Assembly (NCBI GenBank): GCA_032249315.1 | Contig: JAVVGB010000001.1 | Coordinates: 4,072 to 68,071 of the forward strand | Length of the DNA: 64,000 bases | Source of the DNA: Thermoproteota archaeon | GTDB lineage: Archaea; Thermoproteota; Thermoprotei; Gearchaeales; Gearchaeaceae | Direction: 5' to 3' | Shown here: in pieces, positions 27,641-36,217 of the stretch | How the letters are laid out: every line of letters begins with the position of its first letter | Position numbering within the stretch: the first letter of the stretch is position 1 | The notes under the pieces: generated by a model | Database searches by the model: none | Told to the model about the DNA's origin: nothing | Seen by the model: the letters and a program-made list of their open reading frames with translations, nothing else | Made by a program: the position numbers and the translations under genes

Positions 27641-29380
27641 ATGGCACAACTTATACAGATCAAACCAAAGAAATTAATATCAGAGGGGCTTTCATTAAGG
27701 GAAAATGAAAGATTAATAAGATATACTCAAAGTATATGTCCTGAATGTAACAGATTATTGGAAGCTGTTGTTCTTGAAAGAGAAAATAAAGTCTTTATGA
27801 GAAAAGTTTGTCCAGAACATGGAGAAATAGAAGAACTATATTTTGGTTCTTATAGAATGTATGAAAGATTTAGTGCCTACTGGAAAGATGGAAAAGGTAC
27901 ACATGCTCCTAATGTTCCAATGGAAAGATGCATGTGTCCATATAACTGTGGTTTATGTAGCAACCATCTTAGCCATACAGGTTTAGCTAATATAATTATA
28001 ACAAATAGATGTGATCTGACATGCTGGTATTGTTTCTTCTACGTTAAAAAAGGATTAGAAGGAGCATACGTATATGAACCAACTATTGAACAAATAGTTG
28101 AAATGGTAAGAATGTTAAGAAGTGAAAGACCTGTACCAGGAAACTCTGTACAAATTACAGGCGGAGAACCAACATTAAGAGAAGATTTAATAGATATAGT
28201 AAAGGCAATAAAGGCTGAAGGAATAGATCATATACAATTAAATACAAACGGAATTACAATTGCTTTAAAAGGTCCAGAATATGCAATTGCTTTAAGAAAA
28301 GCAGGAGTTTCAAATCTATATTTAAGTTTCGATGGAGTTACACCAAGAACAAATCCGAAGAACCATTGGGAAGTTCCTTATGTTTTAGATGCATGTAGAA
28401 AAGCTGGAATTGGAGTAGTACTTGTACCTACAGTTATTAAAAGCATTAACGATCATGAATTAGGATTAATTATTAGATATGCTCAAAGAAATATGGATAT
28501 TGTTAGAGCTGTAAACTTCCAACCAGTATCTTTAACAGGAAGATTAACAAAGTCTGAAAGAGAAAAATACAGGATAACAATTCCAGATTGTATAAAGAGA
28601 GTAGAAGAACAAACAAATGGAGAAATAGCAGAAGAAGATTGGTTCCCTGTCCCTTCATGTACTCCTTTAAGCGATTTCATTCAATTTTTAACTAAAAAGC
28701 CTAAATATGAATTATCGATACATTTTGCATGCGGTGCAGGAACTTATGTATTTAAAGATGATGAAACAAATAAACTAGTTCCTATAACAAGATTTGTTGA
28801 TATTCATGGATTATTGGAATTCTTAGAAGAAGAAGTAGAGGAAATAAAATCTGGAAGACCAAGAATAGTTTCACTTGGTAAGTTTATATTAAAATTAAAA
28901 AGCTTCATAGACGAAAGCAAAGAACCTAAAGGACTAAAGTTTGCACAAGCTATAGCTGATATTGTAATTAAACATAGCTATGAAGCTGTTGGTAGATTAC
29001 AATTAAAGAGTTTATTCCTAGGTATGATGCACTTCCAAGATAAATATAATCAAGATGAAGAGAGATTGCAAAGATGCGATATTCATTATTTGACACCCGA
29101 TTTAAGAATAATCCCATTCTGTTCATTTAATGTAATACCAGAATTTTACCGCGATAGAATTCAGCAAAAATATGGAATACCAGTTGAGGAATGGGAAAAA
29201 AGAACAGGAAAGAAATTAGAAGATGGATTATATAGAGGAACCTTAAGAAGAGGTAAACATCATCCAAACTGCGGTTGCGATTTGGCAAATTATAAAACTA
29301 CAAAGGAATCTTTGCAACCAAGCTGTGCATGTGCAACTATCCATTCTTCTAAAACAGGACAAGCAGCTGTTTCTAGCTAA
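27641..29380 (+). CDS. radical SAM domain protein (579 aa) with an N-terminal Zn-ribbon and a C-terminal Cys-rich tail
   Basis: CX3CX2C motif NRCDLTCWYCF with a downstream GGEPTL (SAM-binding) motif. The N-terminus has CPECN…CPEHG and the C-terminus has CGCD…CAC. Large archaeal radical-SAM families of this size include the tetraether-lipid synthase and GDGT ring synthase types, but the subfamily cannot be assigned from sequence alone. Confidence 0.65.
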   Translation: MAQLIQIKPKKLISEGLSLRENERLIRYTQSICPECNRLLEAVVLERENKVFMRKVCPEHGEIEELYFGSYRMYERFSAYWKDGKGTHAPNVPMERCMCPYNCGLCSNHLSHTGLANIIITNRCDLTCWYCFFYVKKGLEGAYVYEPTIEQIVEMVRMLRSERPVPGNSVQITGGEPTLREDLIDIVKAIKAEGIDHIQLNTNGITIALKGPEYAIALRKAGVSNLYLSFDGVTPRTNPKNHWEVPYVLDACRKAGIGVVLVPTVIKSINDHELGLIIRYAQRNMDIVRAVNFQPVSLTGRLTKSEREKYRITIPDCIKRVEEQTNGEIAEEDWFPVPSCTPLSDFIQFLTKKPKYELSIHFACGAGTYVFKDDETNKLVPITRFVDIHGLLEFLEEEVEEIKSGRPRIVSLGKFILKLKSFIDESKEPKGLKFAQAIADIVIKHSYEAVGRLQLKSLFLGMMHFQDKYNQDEERLQRCDIHYLTPDLRIIPFCSFNVIPEFYRDRIQQKYGIPVEEWEKRTGKKLEDGLYRGTLRRGKHHPNCGCDLANYKTTKESLQPSCACATIHSSKTGQAAVSS

Positions 29381-29460
29381 GTAACGTAACCAGCATAAAA
29401 TAACTAGATTTTTTCTTCTATAAAAGATAATTAGTTTTATACTATTTTCTTAATCTTTTT

Positions 29461-30546
29461 ATGATAAGATTAGGCTATATTATAGAAGGAGGATCAAAAG
29501 GAAAATTATATGAAATAGATCCTAAGATATTAATTAGACATACATGCATTTTTGGTGTAACTGGCTCTGGTAAATCAACAACTTTAAAGATTTTAAGCTA
29601 CGAATTAAATAAATTAAACATTCCTTGCTTAATATTAGATCGAACTGGAGAATTTGGTAAGCATTTACCTAAATATATTGAAAATTCTTACGTTTATATT
29701 CCAAGTATAAATTTTTCTCTTTCTCCTTTTTATATTTGGGAAAATTATGAAATAGAAGAAAGAGTTCAAAACGAAGTTTTCTTATTAAATGAATACTGCA
29801 GAATAACATGGAAAGATCAATTTAGTCCTCTTCAAACAAGAATACTTATCGATACTCTTCAAGAAATGCATGAGAAAGAAGAAAAAATAAACTTTGATAT
29901 TTTACTAAAGAATATAATTGATGGTTCAAACAAAAGAGGCATAATTTGGAAGGAAGCATATGAAGCTATAATTTCCAGATTCTTTATATTTAAGATAGGA
30001 AAAGTTAAAAAAGCCTTTGAAAACTCTGATTTTAATGAATTCTATGAAGCTTTGATAAAAACAGGAATTCATATTGTAGATATGTCTATATTCGAATATG
30101 AAAGTATAAAAAACATGTTCAGTTTGGTTTTATTAAATCTTTTAAATTTGTTTTTAAGAAAAAATGAAATAACAAACAATCCTAAATTGATCATTATAAT
30201 AGATGAAGCACAAAATGTTGCTTCAAAAGAAAATGAAAACGGAATATTGGAAAAAATGTTTATGGAATTAAGAAAGTATGGATTAGGCATAATATTAGCG
30301 TGTACAAGACCTTCCATAATTAATCAGAATATTTTAGCTAATACCTGCTGTTTAATTCTGCATCAAATACTTAATTCCTATGATATTAATTATCTTAAAA
30401 ACTTCTCTATAATTTCAAGCAATGATATAGATATAGCTCTTAGCATTATTAATGAAGGTGAAGCGATAGTAAAAAATATAAAAGATAAGAAGGAAAGCTT
30501 AGTAAAAATAGGATTGCCTGAGCATGAATTCTTAATATTTAGCTGA
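29461..30546 (+). CDS. DUF87/HerA-like P-loop ATPase (361 aa)
   Basis: Walker A GVTGSGKST preceded by H..IFG, as in HerA/VirB4-type ATPases. Walker B LIIIIDEAQNV. Confidence 0.55.
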   Translation: MIRLGYIIEGGSKGKLYEIDPKILIRHTCIFGVTGSGKSTTLKILSYELNKLNIPCLILDRTGEFGKHLPKYIENSYVYIPSINFSLSPFYIWENYEIEERVQNEVFLLNEYCRITWKDQFSPLQTRILIDTLQEMHEKEEKINFDILLKNIIDGSNKRGIIWKEAYEAIISRFFIFKIGKVKKAFENSDFNEFYEALIKTGIHIVDMSIFEYESIKNMFSLVLLNLLNLFLRKNEITNNPKLIIIIDEAQNVASKENENGILEKMFMELRKYGLGIILACTRPSIINQNILANTCCLILHQILNSYDINYLKNFSIISSNDIDIALSIINEGEAIVKNIKDKKESLVKIGLPEHEFLIFS

Positions 30547-30858
30547 CTTTCTTACCATAAAAGAAGAAACTTTCAGTCTTTCAAAAATCAAGAAATAATG
30601 GGGTTTATTCCTTTGTTTGTCCCTTTGTAATAGAGGAAAAGATTTCTGCCGAATTTATTACTACACCTTCCTTATATATGAACGTAGTTAAGTTATATTT
30701 TCCAATATTTTCTTCCATCATTCCAGCATTTATCACTATCTTTTTTAGTTTAGTATTCATAGGAACCATAATAGTAATTCCGTAGTCAAAATCAACATAA
30801 TACGCTCCAGTAATGCCAATGTTTATTTTAAATATTTTAATTTTATATAAAGAATGAA

Positions 30859-31380
30859 ATGGAAACTTTCTTAGAAAATGTAATAATCGATACGGATAAG
30901 AACAAATTAAAGGAAGATGATACGTTAAAAATTAGGATTTATGCTAAATTAAACGGTAAAATAAGAGAAGTTTTTTCACCTGATATATGGGAGAAAGCAT
31001 ACGATAAAGGAGAAAGGAGATTCTTACTAAGATATTACATTGAAATATTTAAAAAAGAAAAATTTTTGAAAAAATTAATTTTAAAAGATAAAATAGTAAG
31101 AAAAGCAACATTCTTTTGGACCCGTAATCCTACAATAAAAAATAGAATATGGGTAATGTATGTGTCAGAAGAAAAGAAGCCATATCTTCCTTCAGATGCT
31201 GAAGAAGTTAAGGATAAACTATTTGTTTTAAAAAAAGAGTATTTGATAGATAATTTTAAATTAGGTAAAGGTAAGCATGAGATATTTGCTGTGGTTAAAG
31301 CGAAATGGGGAAATTATGAATTTATAAAGAAAGGAGAAGTTAAAGCAAAAAGTAATAAAGTTAAAGTAGAATGTTATTAA
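30859..31380 (+). CDS. hypothetical protein (173 aa)
   Basis: ORF track only; no motif recognised. Confidence 0.35.
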   Translation: METFLENVIIDTDKNKLKEDDTLKIRIYAKLNGKIREVFSPDIWEKAYDKGERRFLLRYYIEIFKKEKFLKKLILKDKIVRKATFFWTRNPTIKNRIWVMYVSEEKKPYLPSDAEEVKDKLFVLKKEYLIDNFKLGKGKHEIFAVVKAKWGNYEFIKKGEVKAKSNKVKVECY

Positions 31381-31653
31381 ATGTTTAAGAAAAAAATAGA
31401 AGCTACTTTTGGAAACGATTACGCAATAGAAAAAGCTGAAGAAGAATTAAAAAAATATGATTTTCGTTTTAAAAGGAAAATTCCATTAAAACTTGAAATC
31501 TTTGTTTCAAATAAAAAGGATATAGAAAAAATAACAAAAATTGTGAGAGAAAATTTTGGTTATGTTGAAGAAATAGAGACTTTTAAGAAGAGAATTATTA
31601 AAACAATAACTTATCCTTTTAAAGCTTTGCTACTTCCAAAGAAAAAGAAGTAG
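31381..31653 (+). CDS. hypothetical protein (90 aa), translationally coupled to the upstream gene
   Basis: Its start directly abuts the stop of the 30859..31380 gene (TAAATG). Confidence 0.3.
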   Translation: MFKKKIEATFGNDYAIEKAEEELKKYDFRFKRKIPLKLEIFVSNKKDIEKITKIVRENFGYVEEIETFKKRIIKTITYPFKALLLPKKKK

Positions 31654-31770
31654 TTAAGGTTCAACTTCTACTATTGATTCACATTTTGTGCAGAAAGGAT
31701 ATTCGTTAAAAGGAGATACAGGATCCTTTATAAAAACTCTTATTTCTGAACCGCAGTATTTGCATTTCAT
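31654..31770 (-). CDS. possible small Zn-ribbon protein (38 aa)
   Basis: Hand translation gives MKCKYCGSEIRVFIKDPVSPFNEYPFCTKCESIVEVEP*, with two CxxC pairs. It fits exactly between the flanking genes. Confidence 0.3.
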   Translation of the reverse strand: MKCKYCGSEIRVFIKDPVSPFNEYPFCTKCESIVEVEP

Positions 31771-31802
31771 TTTTGATATTATTTTTTAATTTTATAATAT
31801 AT

Positions 31803-32786
31803 TTAACCCCATCGTTTAAAGTGTTCCCATCCTTTACTTTCTATTACAAAATTCCTTTTTCCATCATTATAAATTACTTCTTTATTCTTAGTTATTTCTC
31901 CAATAACATTAAATTCGCATCCTAAACTTGTTAATAAATTCTTGATATCTTCTAAATAACTTTTATTAAAACAAAATAAAATTTCATATTCTTCTCCTCC
32001 TTTATATAAAGAAAGCTCCAAAGGATCTAAGTTATTAATTTCACAAAATTCATTAACTTTCTCATGAATAGGTATGTTAAAAATTCTTGCTCCTACATTA
32101 TTTAATTCACATAATTGATTTAAAGAAATAGCTAAACCATCGCTTATGTCCATGCAACAATTTAAATAAGGAGAAATCATTAAAGCTTCTTTTATTCTTC
32201 CCTTAGGTTTAAATAGATTTGCAAAAGATAAGTTCTTAATATATTCATTGCTTTTAGCTTTTTTAAACAATATTTCATATGCTACTGAATTTAAACCAAA
32301 TTTACCAGTAACACCAATTAGATCACCTATTTTTGCTCCTTTTCTTTTAATTATTCTTTTTGCTATTCCAAAAGTGAATCCTGCTATACTTAGCTCATTT
32401 GAACTAGAAGTATCTCCTCCTAAGTAAATTACATCTTCTTCTTTACATGCATCACAAATACCTTTTACCATTTCTTCAAAATCTTTTAAATCTAAACTTT
32501 TTGGAAGAGAAAAAGAAAAAAGAATTCCTAAAGGCTTTGCTCCTTTACAAGCTATATCAGATAAATTTGATATTACAGCTTTCCAACCAAAGTTATAAAA
32601 TCCCATTTCTTTAATAAAATCGGTTGACTCGTTTAAAACATCCGTATGTAATACTAGATAATCTGAAGAAGGAAGTCTTATAAAAACTGAATCATCGTAA
32701 TCTGGTTTAAAGTTAAGCTTTTTTTCAATAATTTCATGAACAATTTCAATTATTTTCCTTTCTCCTAATTCTGAAATGTTCATCAA
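31803..32786 (-). CDS. thiL: AIR-synthase-related (PurM-like) family protein, probable thiamine-monophosphate kinase ThiL
   Basis: 327 aa starting with an ELGE…KII N-terminus, with PurM-like N- and C-domains (…DISDGL…). The size fits ThiL; HypE or SelD cannot be fully excluded. Confidence 0.6.
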   Translation of the reverse strand: MMNISELGERKIIEIVHEIIEKKLNFKPDYDDSVFIRLPSSDYLVLHTDVLNESTDFIKEMGFYNFGWKAVISNLSDIACKGAKPLGILFSFSLPKSLDLKDFEEMVKGICDACKEEDVIYLGGDTSSSNELSIAGFTFGIAKRIIKRKGAKIGDLIGVTGKFGLNSVAYEILFKKAKSNEYIKNLSFANLFKPKGRIKEALMISPYLNCCMDISDGLAISLNQLCELNNVGARIFNIPIHEKVNEFCEINNLDPLELSLYKGGEEYEILFCFNKSYLEDIKNLLTSLGCEFNVIGEITKNKEVIYNDGKRNFVIESKGWEHFKRWG

Positions 32787-32826
32787 AATAAACTTAAAAT
32801 TTTATTTTAATAAATAATAATTGGAA

Positions 32827-32913
32827 GCCCCAGTAGCATAGCTTGGTAATGCGCTTGCCTCGTAAATATATCGGGAAAGCAAGAGATCGCGGGTTCAAAT
32901 CCCGCCTGGGGCT
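32827..32913 (+). tRNA. intron-containing tRNA, probably tRNA-Thr (anticodon CGT) with a ~13-nt intron after position 37
   Basis: Acceptor GCCCCAG/CTGGGGC, D-stem GCAT/ATGC, anticodon stem CTTGC/GCAAG enclosing a 20-nt loop CTCGTAAATATATCGGGAAA, T-arm GCGGGTTCAAATCCCGC. EndA is encoded in the window. Confidence 0.65.
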
Positions 32914-32975
32914 TAAAATTTACCATTATAACAATAGTTATATTTATATTTTGGTTGAAATACTATTAAGGAAGT

Positions 32976-33740
32976 ATGATTGATACACTAACAATTGAGG
33001 ACTTGCATGTAGAAGTAGAAGGAAAAGAAGTAATTAGAGGTGTAAATTTAGAAGTTAAAAAAGGCGAGATTCATGCAATAATGGGTCCAAACGGTTCAGG
33101 AAAAAGCTCATTAGCTTTAGCTATATTAGGTCATCCTAAATATAAAATAACAAAAGGAGACATTAAATTAAACGGCGAAAGTATAATTAATTTACCTACA
33201 GATCAAAGAGTTAAAAAAGGCTTATTTCTATCTATGCAATACCCAATAAGTATACCTGGAATTACTTTGCTTAGTTTAATGAGAGCTTCAATTACATCAA
33301 TATATGGATTACAACAAGATTCTAAAGAAATAGCTACCGTTATAAAAATTAAGAAGGATCTAACAAATGCTTTAAAATTACTTGGTTTAGATGAAAGCTT
33401 TAGTTCAAGATATATAAATGAAGGATTTTCAGGAGGAGAGAAAAAAAGAACTGAAATTGTTCAATTGGCAATGATAAAGCCAAAATTTGCAATATTAGAT
33501 GAAACAGATTCAGGATTGGATATAGATGGTATAAAAATAGTTTCAAATGCAATAATGGAAATATATAAAAATGGTATGGGATTAATTTTAATTACGCATT
33601 ATAACAGAATATTGAAATATATTAGACCCAACTATGTTCATGTATTAATAGATGGTAAAATAATTGATTCAGGAGGCGCTGAATTAGCTGATCATCTTGA
33701 AGAAAAGGGTTATAATTGGTTAAGAGGTGTAGGAACATGA
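32976..33740 (+). CDS. sufC: Fe-S cluster assembly ATPase SufC
   Basis: 254 aa ABC ATPase with GPNGSGKSSL, LSGGEKKR and ILDETDSGLD. Confidence 0.9.
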   Translation: MIDTLTIEDLHVEVEGKEVIRGVNLEVKKGEIHAIMGPNGSGKSSLALAILGHPKYKITKGDIKLNGESIINLPTDQRVKKGLFLSMQYPISIPGITLLSLMRASITSIYGLQQDSKEIATVIKIKKDLTNALKLLGLDESFSSRYINEGFSGGEKKRTEIVQLAMIKPKFAILDETDSGLDIDGIKIVSNAIMEIYKNGMGLILITHYNRILKYIRPNYVHVLIDGKIIDSGGAELADHLEEKGYNWLRGVGT

Positions 33741-36217
33741 GCAAAATAGATCTTAGTTTTGATTATAGTAAATACAATTTTAGAGATATTGTAGAGTATG
33801 AAATACTATTACCTAAAGGGCTAAACGAAGAAATAGTAAGGGAAATATCTAGAATAAAGAATGAACCTTCATGGATGGAAGAATTCAGAGTTAAATCATT
33901 TAAATTATTCATGGAAAAACCAATGCCTACATGGGGTGTAGATCTATCAAAACTTAGATTGGATGATATCCATTATTATGCAAAACCTACAAGCAAAAAA
34001 GGAAGAAGTTGGGATGAAGTACCTGAATATATAAAAAGAACTTTTGAAAGATTAGGAATTCCTGAAGCAGAAAGGAAATTCTTAGCAGGAGTAGGAGGTC
34101 AATATGATTCAGAAGTTGTATATCATAACTTAAGGAAAGAATTAGAAAAGCAAGGAGTAATTTTTGTTGATACAGATACAGCTGTAAGAGAATATCCTGA
34201 AATAGTTAAAAAATACTTTGGTACAGTTGTACCTCCAAATGATAATAAATTTGCTGCATTAAATTCAGCAGTATGGAGCGGAGGTAGCTTTATTTATGTT
34301 CCTGAAGGAGTTAAAGTAGAGATGCCCTTACAAGCATATTTCAGAATTAATGCTCAAAATGTTGGTCAATTTGAAAGAACATTAATAATAGCTGAGCCTT
34401 ACAGCGAAGTCCAGTATATTGAGGGGTGTTTGCCACCAGGTGAAAAGGTTTCTTTAGGAGATTCTTGGATAAATATTGAAACGATAAAACCAGGAGATTA
34501 TGTTGTTACTCATAGGGGAACTTTAGCTAAGGTTAAATTGGTAATGACGAGAAATTATAAAGGAGATATGTACAAAATTACACCAATTTCTCCTTTTAAT
34601 AGTTTTTCGCTTACCGAGGAACATCCAGTTTTAGCTATTAAGAGAGAGTGGGTAATGAAAAAGAGAAAAATAAGGAAAGAGGGTTGGCTACCAGAAGTAG
34701 ATTCTCGAAAGTTAAAGAATACAAAACCAGAATTCATTCCGGTAAGAGATCTTAAAAAAGGAGATTTTCTAATATTTCCCAAAATAAAAAATCAAATAAT
34801 AAATTCTTCAAATCTTTCTGATGAAGAAATAGAATTTTTAGGATTTTATGCTGCTGAAGGTTCAGCTTATTATCATAAAAAACTTAAACAATTTGTTGTT
34901 TCTTTGTCTTTTTCTGAAAGAGAAAAGGAAAATATTGAAAGAGTAAAGTTTCTAATAGAAAAAATCTCTGGCAAAAAAGCTATTTTAGTAAGAGATAAAA
35001 AGAAACATTCAATAAATGTAGTAGTATATTCAAAACCATTATACGATTTGTGTTTAAGACATTGCGGAAAATTGGCCAAAGAGAAAAGACTAAGCCCAGA
35101 GATATTGAATTTGCCAAAAGAAAAATTAGAAAAGTTCTTTTGGGCTTATTTTAAAGGAGATGGAAATCTTTGCATAAAAAATGGAAAAAGTAAACTTTAT
35201 CGTGTTGCAACTGCTTCAATTAATTTAGCCATTCAGCTACAAGAGATTTTAGCCAAAATTGGAATTTTCGCTAGCATTCAAGAAAGAAAAGGAGGAAAGG
35301 ATAAAATTTTGGGAAGAGAGATCAAAAGAAAAAATCAATACATTGTTGCTTTTACTTATCCTAAAAAGTGGTCAGAAGTGAGAGAAACAGAGGAATATTA
35401 TATAGTCCCAATTAAAAAAATCGAAAAGTTTGAATATGAAGGTCCAGTTTTTAATCTAGAAGTTGAAAGGGATAATTCTTATTTAGTTAAAGGATTTGCA
35501 GTTCACAATTGTACAGCGCCGATATATTTGAGTCATTCGTTACATAGTGCAGTAGTAGAGATAATTGCAAAGAAAGGAGCAAAGGTAAGATATACTACAA
35601 TACAAAACTGGAGTATAGATGTTTATAATTTAGTAACAAAGAGAGCCCATGCATATGAAGAAGCTAGAGTAGAATGGGTCGATGCAAACATTGGAAGTAA
35701 AGCTACAATGAAATATCCTTCAGTTTATCTTTTAGGAAAATATGCGACTGCTGAAATAATTTCAGTTGCTTTTGCAGGAAAAGGTCAACATCAAGATACT
35801 GGTGGAAAGGTAATTCATTTAGCTCCATATACTTCTTCTAGAATTACTTCAAAATCTGTATCAAAAGACGGTGGAAGAACTACATACAGAGGATTATTAC
35901 ATGTAGCAAAGGGAGCTAGAGGAGTTAAAGCAAGTGTAAGATGTGATGCTTTGCTTTTAGATGAATATTCAAAAACAGATACATATCCATACGTTGAAAT
36001 ATTAGAAGATGATGCTACAGTTACACATGAAGCAACAGTAGGAAAAATTAGCGAAGATCAGCTATTTTATTTAATGTCAAGAGGAATTCCAGAAGTAGAA
36101 GCATTAAATATGATAGTTTTAGGATTCTTTGAACCATTTATAAAAGAGCTACCAATGGAATATGCTGTAGAAATGAATAGATTATTAAGACTTGAAATGA
36201 CAGGTTCTGTAGGTTAA
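33737..36217 (+). CDS. sufB: Fe-S cluster assembly protein SufB interrupted by an in-frame intein (precursor 826 aa; spliced about 465 aa)
   Basis: SufB blocks flank a 361-aa insert. …RTLIIAEPYSEVQYIEG|C…intein…HN|CTAPIYLSHSLHSAVVEIIAKKGAKVRYTTIQNW… restores the canonical EGCTAP motif. ATG 33737 overlaps the sufC stop (ATGA); the ORF-track start at 33716 is a TTG. Confidence 0.85.
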   Translation: MSKIDLSFDYSKYNFRDIVEYEILLPKGLNEEIVREISRIKNEPSWMEEFRVKSFKLFMEKPMPTWGVDLSKLRLDDIHYYAKPTSKKGRSWDEVPEYIKRTFERLGIPEAERKFLAGVGGQYDSEVVYHNLRKELEKQGVIFVDTDTAVREYPEIVKKYFGTVVPPNDNKFAALNSAVWSGGSFIYVPEGVKVEMPLQAYFRINAQNVGQFERTLIIAEPYSEVQYIEGCLPPGEKVSLGDSWINIETIKPGDYVVTHRGTLAKVKLVMTRNYKGDMYKITPISPFNSFSLTEEHPVLAIKREWVMKKRKIRKEGWLPEVDSRKLKNTKPEFIPVRDLKKGDFLIFPKIKNQIINSSNLSDEEIEFLGFYAAEGSAYYHKKLKQFVVSLSFSEREKENIERVKFLIEKISGKKAILVRDKKKHSINVVVYSKPLYDLCLRHCGKLAKEKRLSPEILNLPKEKLEKFFWAYFKGDGNLCIKNGKSKLYRVATASINLAIQLQEILAKIGIFASIQERKGGKDKILGREIKRKNQYIVAFTYPKKWSEVRETEEYYIVPIKKIEKFEYEGPVFNLEVERDNSYLVKGFAVHNCTAPIYLSHSLHSAVVEIIAKKGAKVRYTTIQNWSIDVYNLVTKRAHAYEEARVEWVDANIGSKATMKYPSVYLLGKYATAEIISVAFAGKGQHQDTGGKVIHLAPYTSSRITSKSVSKDGGRTTYRGLLHVAKGARGVKASVRCDALLLDEYSKTDTYPYVEILEDDATVTHEATVGKISEDQLFYLMSRGIPEVEALNMIVLGFFEPFIKELPMEYAVEMNRLLRLEMTGSVG
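34427..35509 (+). mobile_element. intein (361 aa) with a LAGLIDADG homing-endonuclease domain inside sufB
   Basis: Begins with Cys (C238) and ends …VHN, followed by +1 Cys. Two dodecapeptide blocks are present: LGFYAAEGSAYY and FWAYFKGDGNL. Length is 1083 nt, in frame. Confidence 0.75.

Noticed and set aside
30590-30860. Minus-strand open frame (…ITGAYYVDFDYGITIMVPMNTKLKKIVINAGMMEENIGKY…TKGQTKE*)
   Set aside because: There is no upstream start codon before it runs into the start of the 30859 gene, and the only ATG gives a 55-aa product. It may be a gene remnant but is not a supportable CDS.
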